From the human T2T-CHM13v2.0 reference genome, Homo sapiens, in the NCBI RefSeq assembly GCF_009914755.1, contig NC_060948.1: a DNA stretch of 64,000 nucleotides, one strand, 5' to 3'. The position numbers and the translations under genes are program-made. Every line of letters starts with the position of its first letter. Position 1 is the first letter of the stretch. This document shows, piece by piece, positions 55,451 to 64,000 of this stretch. Below the pieces are notes generated by a model, which saw nothing but the letters and a program-made list of their open reading frames with translations, did not search any database and was not told the origin of the DNA.

Positions 55451-58400
55451 AATGGAATTCATTGGAATGGAAGGGAATGTAGTGTAATGGACAGGCCTGG
55501 AATAAAGTGGAATGCTACGGTCTCGAATGGAATAAAAATGTATGGAATGGAATGCAATGAAACGGAATCGAATGTCATAGAATGTAATGGAATGCAAAAA
55601 AATGGAATCCAAAATCATTGACTGGAAAGGCTGGGTGTCGAAAGGAATTGACTCCAATGGTATGGAATCGAATGGAATGGAAGTGAATAGAATCGAACTA
55701 AATCGAATGGAATGGAATTGATAGGAACGGAATGGAAAGGAATGCAATGAATTGACATGGAATGGAATCGAATGGCATCGAATGGAATGGAATGGAATGC
55801 AATGGAATGGAATGTATTAGAATGTAATGAACTTTAATGGAATGTACTCGAATGGATTCGACTGGAATGGAATGTTCTGGAAGTGAATGGACTCCAATGG
55901 AATGGATTCAAAAGGAATGGAATCGTACGGAATGGAATCTAATGGAATGGAATTAAATGGAAGTGAATCAAATTGAATAGCACGGAATTGAATTGAATGG
56001 AATGGAATGCAATGGAATCTAATGAAACGGAAAGGAAAGGAATGGAATGGAATGGAATGGGCTGGAATGGAAAGGAATCGAAACGAATGGAATGGAATCG
56101 AACTGAAGAGACTGGAATGGAATGCACTGGAATGGAAGGGAGTGTAATGGAAGGTTCTCGAAAAAAATGGAATCGAATGGAATGGAATTGAATGGAACGG
56201 AATAGAGTCGAATGGAATTGAATGGAATGGAATGGACTAGAGTGAAATGGAATCGAACCACAAGGAATGGACAGGAATAGAATGGTCTCGAATTGAATGG
56301 AATCGTATGGAATGGCATCAAACGGAATGGAATGGACAGCCACGGAATGGAATGCACTCGAATGCAATGGAGTCGAAACTAATGGACTGGAATAGAATGG
56401 ACTCGACTGGTACGGACTCCAATGGAATGGAATCGAATGGAAGGGAATCGAACGGAATGGACTCGAAGGGAAAAGACTGCAATGGAAAGGTCTCGAATGG
56501 AATGGAAATTAATGGAATGGAATGGAATCGAATGAAATGGAGTCAAAAGGAATGGAATCGAATGGCAAGAAATCGAATGTAATGGAATCGCAAGGAATTG
56601 ATGTGAACGGAACGGAATGGAATGGAATCCAAAGGAATGGAATAGAATGGAATGGAATCGAATGGAAAGGACTCGAATGGAAATCACTCGAATAGAATGC
56701 AATTTAATAAAATAGGATCAAATGTAATGGAATGGAATGGAAAGGAATCGAAACGAAAGGAATGGAGACAGATGGAATGGAATGGAACAGAGAGCAATGG
56801 TATAGAATGGAATGGAATCATCTGGAATGGAATTGAATGGAATGGAATAATATGAAATGGAATGGAATGGAATGGAATGGAATGCCCTTGAATTAAATGG
56901 ACTGGAATGGAATGGACTCGAACAGAGTGGAATGGAAAGTGTTGAGATAGAATGGAATGGACTCCTTTGGAATGGTGTAGTATGCAATGCAATCGACTGG
57001 CAGGGAATCAAAAGGAATGTAATGGAATGGATTGGACTGGAATGCAATGGACTCGAATAGATTGGAAACGGAATGCAAAGGAATGGAATGGAATAGTATG
57101 GAATGGAATGGAAAGGAATGGAGTGGAATAGACTAGAGTGGAATGGAATGGACTGGAAAGCAATGGACTGGAATGGAACTTTCTTGAATGGACTGGAATC
57201 AAACGGAATGGAATGCAATGCAATCAAATGGCATGGAATAAAATAGAATGAAAGAGAATCAAATGGAATTGAATCGAATGGAATCGAATGGATTGGAAAG
57301 GAATAGAATGGAATGGAATGGAATTGACTCAAATGGAATGGACTAGAATGGAGTGGATTCGAATGGAAGGCAAAGGAATGGAATCTATTGGAATGGACTG
57401 TAATGGAATGGAATGGAAGGGATTGGAATGGACTCGAATGGAATGGACTGCAATAGAAAGGATTCGAATGGAATGAAAAAGAATTGAATGGAATAGAACA
57501 GAATGGAATCAAATCGAATGAAATGGAATGGAATAGAAAGGAATGGAATGAAATGGAATGGAAAGGATTCGAATGGAATGCAATCGAATGGAATGGAATC
57601 GAACGGAATGGAATAAAATGGAAGAAAACTGGCAAGAAATGGAATCGAAATGAATGGAGTGTTATGGAACGGACTCAAAAGGAATTGAATGTAATAGAAT
57701 GGAGTGGAGTGGACTCGAATATAATGGACTGGAATGGAATGAAATCACAAGGAATGGGAACGAATGGAATGGAATGGAAAGGAATGGAATCGAATGGAAA
57801 GGAATCGAATGGAAGGGAATGAAATTGAATCAACAGGAATGGAAGGGAATAGAATAGACGGTAATGGAATGGACTCGAATAGAATGGACACGAATGCTGA
57901 AATTGAATGGACTCGAATGGAATGGAAACGAAAGGAATGTCATCGAATGGAATTGAATGGATTGGAATGAAATCGCATAGAATGGAGTGGAATCAAATGG
58001 AATTGAATCGAAAGGAAAGGAAGCGAATGGACTGAAATGAAATGGAATGGAATTGAATGGAAAGTAATGCAATGGAATAGAATGGAACGAAATTTCACGG
58101 AATGGAATCAAACTGAATGGAATCAAATCAATGGAATCAAATCAAATGGAATGGAAAGGAATTGAATGGAGTAGATTGGATTGGATGGGATTGGAATGAA
58201 ATGTACTGGAAAGGACTCAAATTTCATGAAACGGAATGGAATGAATTGGAACGGAATGGACTCGAATGGAATGGAATGTCATGGAATGGCATCAAATGGA
58301 ATGGCATCAAATGGAATGGAATCGAATGCAATGGAATGCTATGGAATGGAATGGAATGCATTGGAATGGAATGTCCTGTAATGGAATGGATTCGACTGGA

Positions 58401-61400
58401 ATGGAATCGAATATAATGGAGTCGAATGAAATGGAATTGAAAGGAATGGGATCGAATACAATGGAATATACTGGAATGTAATGTAATGAACTCGAATGTA
58501 ATTGACTGGAATGGAATGTACATGAATGGAATGTAATCGAATGGAAAGTAATCCAATGGAATAGAATCTAATGCAATAAAATCGACTCAGATAGAGTAGA
58601 ATGTAATGGAATGGAGTGCAGTGCAATGGAATGGAATGGAATGGAATGCAATGGAATGGAATGGAATGGAATGGAATGGAATGGAATGGAATGGGATGGA
58701 ATGGGATGGAATGGTATGGAATGGATAGTAATGGACTGGAGTGAAATGGACTGGAAAGGAATGGACTCAAATTGAAAGGGCTCGAAAGGAATGGAGTCAA
58801 ATGGAATGGTCTGGAATGGAATGAACACGAATGTAATGCAATCCAATAGAATGGAATCGAATGGCATGGAATATAAAGAAATGGAATCGAAGAGAATGGA
58901 AACAAATGGAATGGAATTGAATGGAATGGAATTGAATGGAATGGGAACGAATGGAGTGAAATTGTATGCAGTAGAAGGGAATAGAATGGAATGCAAGCGA
59001 AAGGAAAGGAATGGATTGGAATGGAATGGAATTCATTGGAATGGAAGGGAATGTAGTGTAATGGACAGGCCTGGAATAAAGTGGAATGCTACGGTCTCGA
59101 ATGGAATAAAAATGTATGGAATGGAATGCAATGAAACGGAATCGAATGTCATAGAATGTAATGGAATGCAAAAAAATGGAATCCAAAATCATTGACTGGA
59201 AAGGCTGGGTGTCGAAAGGAATTGACTCCAATGGAATGGAATCGAATGGAATGGAAGTGAATAGAATCGAACTAAATCGAATGGAATGGAATTGATAGGA
59301 ACGGAATGGAAAGGAATGCAATGATTTGGCATGGAATGGAATCGAATGGCATCGAATGGAATGGAATGGAATGCAATGGAATGGAATGTATTAGAATGTA
59401 ATGAACTTTAATGGAATGTACTCGAATGGATTCGACTGGAATGGAATGTTGTGGAAGTGAATGGACTCCAATGGAATGGATTCAAAAGGAATGGAATCGT
59501 ACGGAATGGAATCTAATGGAATGGAATTAAATGGAAATGAATCAAATTGAATAGCACGGAATTGAATTGAATGGAATGGAATGCAATGGAATCTAATGAA
59601 ACGGAAAGGAAAGGAATGGAATGGAATGGAATGGGCTGGAATGGAAAGGAATCGAAACGAATGGAATGGAATCGAACTGAAGAGACTGGAATGGAATGCA
59701 CTGGAATGGAAGGGAGTGTAATGGAAGGTTCTCGAAAAAAATGGAATCGAATGGAATGGAATTGAATGGAACGGAATAGAGTCGAATGGAATTGAATGGA
59801 ATGGAATGGACTAGAGTGAAATGGAATCGAACCACAAGGAATGGACAGGAATAGAATGGTCTCGAATTGAATGGAATTGTATGGAATGGCATCAAACGGA
59901 ATGGAATGGACAGCCACGGAATGGAATGCACTCGAATGCAATGGAGTCGAAACTAATGGACTGGAATAGAATGGACTCGACTGGTACGGACTCCAATGGA
60001 ATGGAATCGAATGGAAGGGAATCGAACGGAATGGACTCGAAGGGAAAAGACTGCAATGGAAAGGTCTCGAATGGAATGGAAATTAATGGAATGGAATGGA
60101 ATCGAATGAAATGGAGTCAAAAGGAATGGAATCGAATGGCAAGAAATCGAATGTAATGGAATCGCAAGGAATTGATGTGAACGGAACGGAATGGAATGGA
60201 ATCCAAAGGAATGGAATAGAATGGAATGGAATCGAATGGAAAGGACTCGAATGGAAATCACTCGAATAGAATGCAATTTAATAAAATAGGATCAAATGTA
60301 ATGGAATGGAATGGAAAGGAATCGAAACGAAAGGAATGGAGACAGATGGAATGGAATGGAACAGAGAGCAATGGTATAGAATGGAATGGAATCATCTGGA
60401 ATGGAATTGAATGGAATGGAATAATATGAAATGGAATGGAATGGAATGGAATGGAATGCCCTTGAATTAAATGGACTGGAATGGAATGGACTCGAACAGA
60501 GTGGAATGGAAAGTGTTGAGATAGAATGGAATGGACTCCTTCGGAATGGTCTAGTATGCAATGCAATCGACTGGCAGGGAATCAAAAGGAATGTAATCGA
60601 ATGGATTGGACTGGAATGCAGTGGACTCGAATAGATTGGAAACGGAATGCAAAGGAATGGAATGGAATAGTATGGAATGGAATGGAAAGGAATGGAGTGG
60701 AATAGACTAGAGTGGAATGGAATGGACTGGAAAGCAATGGACTGGAATGGAACTTTCTTGAATGGACTGGAATCAAACGGAATGGAATGCAATGCAATCA
60801 AGTGGCATGGAATAAAATAGAATGAAAGAGAATCAAATTGAATTGAATCGAATGGAATCGAATGGATTGGAAAGGAATAGAATGGAATGGAATGGAATTG
60901 ACTCAAATGGAATGGACTAGAATGGAATGGATTCGAATGGAAGGCAAAGGAATGGAACCTATTGGAATGGACTGTAATGGAATGGAATGGAAGGGATTGG
61001 AATGGACTCGAATGGAATGGACTGCAATAGAAAGGATTCGAATGGAATGAAAAAGAATTGAACGGAATAGAACAGAATGGAATCAAATCGAATGAAATGG
61101 AATGGAATAGAAAGGAATGGAATGAAATGGAATGGAAAGGATTCGAATGGAATGCAATCGAATGGAATGGAATCGAACGGAATGGAATAAAATGGAAGAA
61201 AACTGGCAAGAAATGGAATCGAAATGAATGGAGTGTTATGGAACGGACTCAAAAGGAATTGAATGTAATAGAATGGAGTGGAGTGGACTCGAATATAATG
61301 GACTGGAATGGAATGAAATCACATGGAATGGGAACGAATGGAATGGAATGGAAAGGAATGGAATCGAATGGAAAGGAATCGAATGGAAGGGAATGAAATT

Positions 61401-64000
61401 GAATCAACAGGAATAGAAGGGAATAGAATAGACGGTAATGGAATGGACTCGAATAGAATGGACACGAATGCTCAAATTGAATGGACTCCAATGGAATGGA
61501 AACGAAAGGAATGTCATCGAATAGAATTGAATCGATTGGAATGAAATCGCAAGAATGGAGTGGAATCAAATGGAATTGAATCGAAAGGAAAGGAAGCGAA
61601 TGGACTGAAATGAAATGGAATGGAATTGAATGGAAAGTAATGCAATGGAATAGAATGGAACGAAATTTCACGGAATGGAATCAAACTGAAAGGAATCAAA
61701 TCAATGGAATCTAATCAAATGGAATGGAAAGGAATTGAATGGAGTAGATTGGATTGGATGGGATTGGAGTGAAATGTACTGGAAAGGACTCGAATTTCAT
61801 GAAACGGAATGGAATGAATTGGAACGGAATGGACTCGAATGGAATGGAATTTCAGGGAATGGCATCAAATGGAATGGCATCAAATGGAATGGAATCGAAT
61901 GCAATGGAATGCTATGGAATGGAATGGAATGCATTGGAATGGAATGTCCTCTAATGGAATGGATTCGAGTGGAATGGAATCGAATATAATGGAGTCGAAT
62001 GAAATGGAATTGAAAGGAATGGGATCGAATACAATGGAATATGCTGGAATGTAATGTAATGAACTCGAATGTAATTGACTGGAATGGAATGTACATGAAT
62101 GGAATGTAATCGAATGGAAAGTAATCCAATGGAATAGAATCTAATGCAATAAAATCGACTCAGATAGAGTAGAATGTAATGGAATGGAGTGCAGTACAAT
62201 GGAATGGAATGGAATGCAATGGAATGGAATGGAATGGAATGGAATGGAATGGAATGGGATGGAATGGGATGGAATGGTATGGAATGGATAGTAATGGACT
62301 GGAGTGAAATGGACTGGAAAGGAATGGACTCAAATTGAAAGGGCTCGAAAGGAATGGAGTCAAATGGAATGGTCTGGAATGGAATGAACACGAATGTAAT
62401 GCAATCCAATAGAATGGAATCGAATGGCATGGAATATAAAGAAATGGAATCGAAGAGAATGGAAACAAATGGAATGGAATTGAATGGAATGGAATTGAAT
62501 GGAATGGGAACGAATGGAGTGAAATTGTATGCAGTAGAAGGGAATAGAATGGAATGCAAGCGAAAGGAAAGGAATGGATTGGAATGGAATGGAATTCATT
62601 GGAATGGAAGGGAATGTAGTGTAATGGACAGGCCTGGAATAAAGTGGAATGCTACGGTCTCGAATGGAATAAAAATGTAAGGAATGGAATGCAATGAAAC
62701 GGAATCGAATGTCATAGAATGTAATGGAATGCAAAAAAATGGAATCCAAAATCATTGACTGGAAAGGCTGGGTGTCGAAAGGAATTGACTCCAATGGTAT
62801 GGAATCGAATGGAATGGAAGTGAATAGAATCGAACTAAATCGAATGGAATGGAATTGATAGGAACGGAATGGAAAGGAATGCAATGAATTGGCATGGAAT
62901 GGAATCGAATGGCATCGAATGGAATCGAATGGAATGCAATGGAATGGAATGTATTAGAATGTAATGAACTTTAATGGAATGTAATCGAATGGATTCGACT
63001 GGAATGGAATGTTCTGGAAGTGAATGGACTCCAATGGAATGGATTCAAAAGGAATGGAATCGTACGGAATGGAATCTAATGGAATGGAATTAAATGGAAA
63101 TGAATCAAATTGAATAGCACGGAATTGAATTGAATGGAATGGAATGCAATGGAATCTAATGAAACGGAAAGGAAAGGAATGGAATGGAATGGAATGGGCT
63201 GGAATGGAAAGGAATCGAAACGAATGGAATGGAATCGAATTGAAGAGACTGGAATGGAATGCACTGGAATGGAAGGGAGTGTAATGGAAGGTTCTCGAAA
63301 AAAATGGAATGGAATGGAATGGAATTGAATGGAACGGAATAGAGTCGAATGGAATTGAATGGAATGGAATGGACTAGAGTGAAATGGAATCGAACCACAA
63401 GGAATGGACAGGAATAGAATGGTCTCGAATTGAATGGAATCGTATGGAATGGCATCAAACGGAATGGAATGGACAGCCACGGAATGGAATGCACTCGAAT
63501 GCAATGGAGTCGAAACTAATGGACTGGAATAGAATGGACTCGACTGGTACGGACTCCAATGGAATGGAATCGAATGGAAGGGAATCGAACGGAATGGACT
63601 CGAAGGGAAAAGACTGCAATGGAAAGGTCTCGAATGGAATGGAAATTAATGGAATGGAATGGAATCGAATGAAATGGAGTCAAAAGGAATGGAATCGAAT
63701 GGCAAGAAATCGAATGTAATGGAATCGCAAGGAATTGATGTGAACGGAACGGAATGGAATGGAATCCAAAGGAATGGAATAGAATGGAATGGAATCGAAT
63801 GGAAAGGACTCGAATGGAAATCACTCGAATAGAATGCAATTTAATAAAATAGGATCAAATGTAATGGAATGGAATGGAAAGGAATCGAAACGAAAGGAAT
63901 GGAGACAGATGGAATGGAATGGAACAGAGAGCAATGGTATAGAATGGAATGGAATCATCTGGAATGGAATTGAATGGAATGGAATAATATGAAATGGAAT

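Larger units (their letters stand above)
1..64000 (+). repeat. DYZ1: Human satellite 3 array, DYZ1 (Yq12 ~3.56-kb HaeIII repeat), about 18 tandem monomers in one orientation
   Basis: Continuous diverged (GGAAT)n, with unique landmarks recurring about every 3.56 kb. The conserved HaeIII GGCC starts at 2037, 5601, 9165, 12719, 16273, 19847, 23405, 26978, 30537, 34116, 37689, 41238, 44812, 48366, 51940, 55494, 59068 and 62631. Spacings are 3564, 3564, 3554, 3554, 3574, 3558, 3573, 3559, 3579, 3573, 3549, 3574, 3554, 3574, 3554, 3574 and 3563. 3564 bp is the known DYZ1 monomer length. The minus strand from the HaeIII cut reads CCTGTCCATTACACTACATTCCC, which I recognise as the start of the DYZ1 monomer. 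Confidence 0.97.

Noticed and set aside
213-63992. Hundreds of ORFs with MEWNG-like (+) and FHSIP-like (-) repeats, up to 323 aa
   Set aside because: These are the expected translations of (GGAAT)n and (ATTCC)n, which lack stop codons. They overlap in several frames, recur each monomer, change frame with 5-bp tract indels and show no recognisable domain.
1-64000. CRISPR-like repeat-spacer array or other prokaryotic system
   Set aside because: There are no unique spacers and no cas-like genes. The sequence is eukaryotic satellite with whole 3.56-kb units repeated.
1-64000. HSat2/HSATII, DYZ2 (HSat1B/Alu-containing) blocks, transposon insertions or inversions
   Set aside because: The HSat2 signature (CATTCGATTC-type 23/26-bp units) does not dominate. 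No AT-rich or Alu block is present, and the GGAAT strand never switches. Every monomer length is fully accounted for by small indels.

Overview
The whole 64 kb is one uninterrupted head-to-tail array of human satellite 3. It matches DYZ1, the ~3.56-kb HaeIII/EcoRI repeat of Yq12 heterochromatin, with the (GGAAT)n strand on +. It holds about 18 monomers of canonical length 3564 bp, with HaeIII-to-HaeIII spacings of 3549-3579 bp. I see no genes, RNA genes, transposons, DYZ2/Alu blocks or inversions. All listed ORFs are translation artefacts of the pentamer. The informative structure is internal. Each monomer carries three perfect heat-shock elements (nGAAnnTTCnnGAAn) in a background of TEAD-type GGAATG motifs. 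There is a ~10.7-kb trimer tandem duplication and an overlapping, younger 7128-bp dimer duplication with a mappable junction. There are also dispersed conversion-like patches and two length-variable pure-pentamer tracts. All pentamer phase breaks cluster in one ~1.07-kb sector of the monomer. I found no new protein-coding system. The best candidate for function is the periodic HSE platform, which is inferred from motifs only. All comparisons were made by eye, not by alignment.
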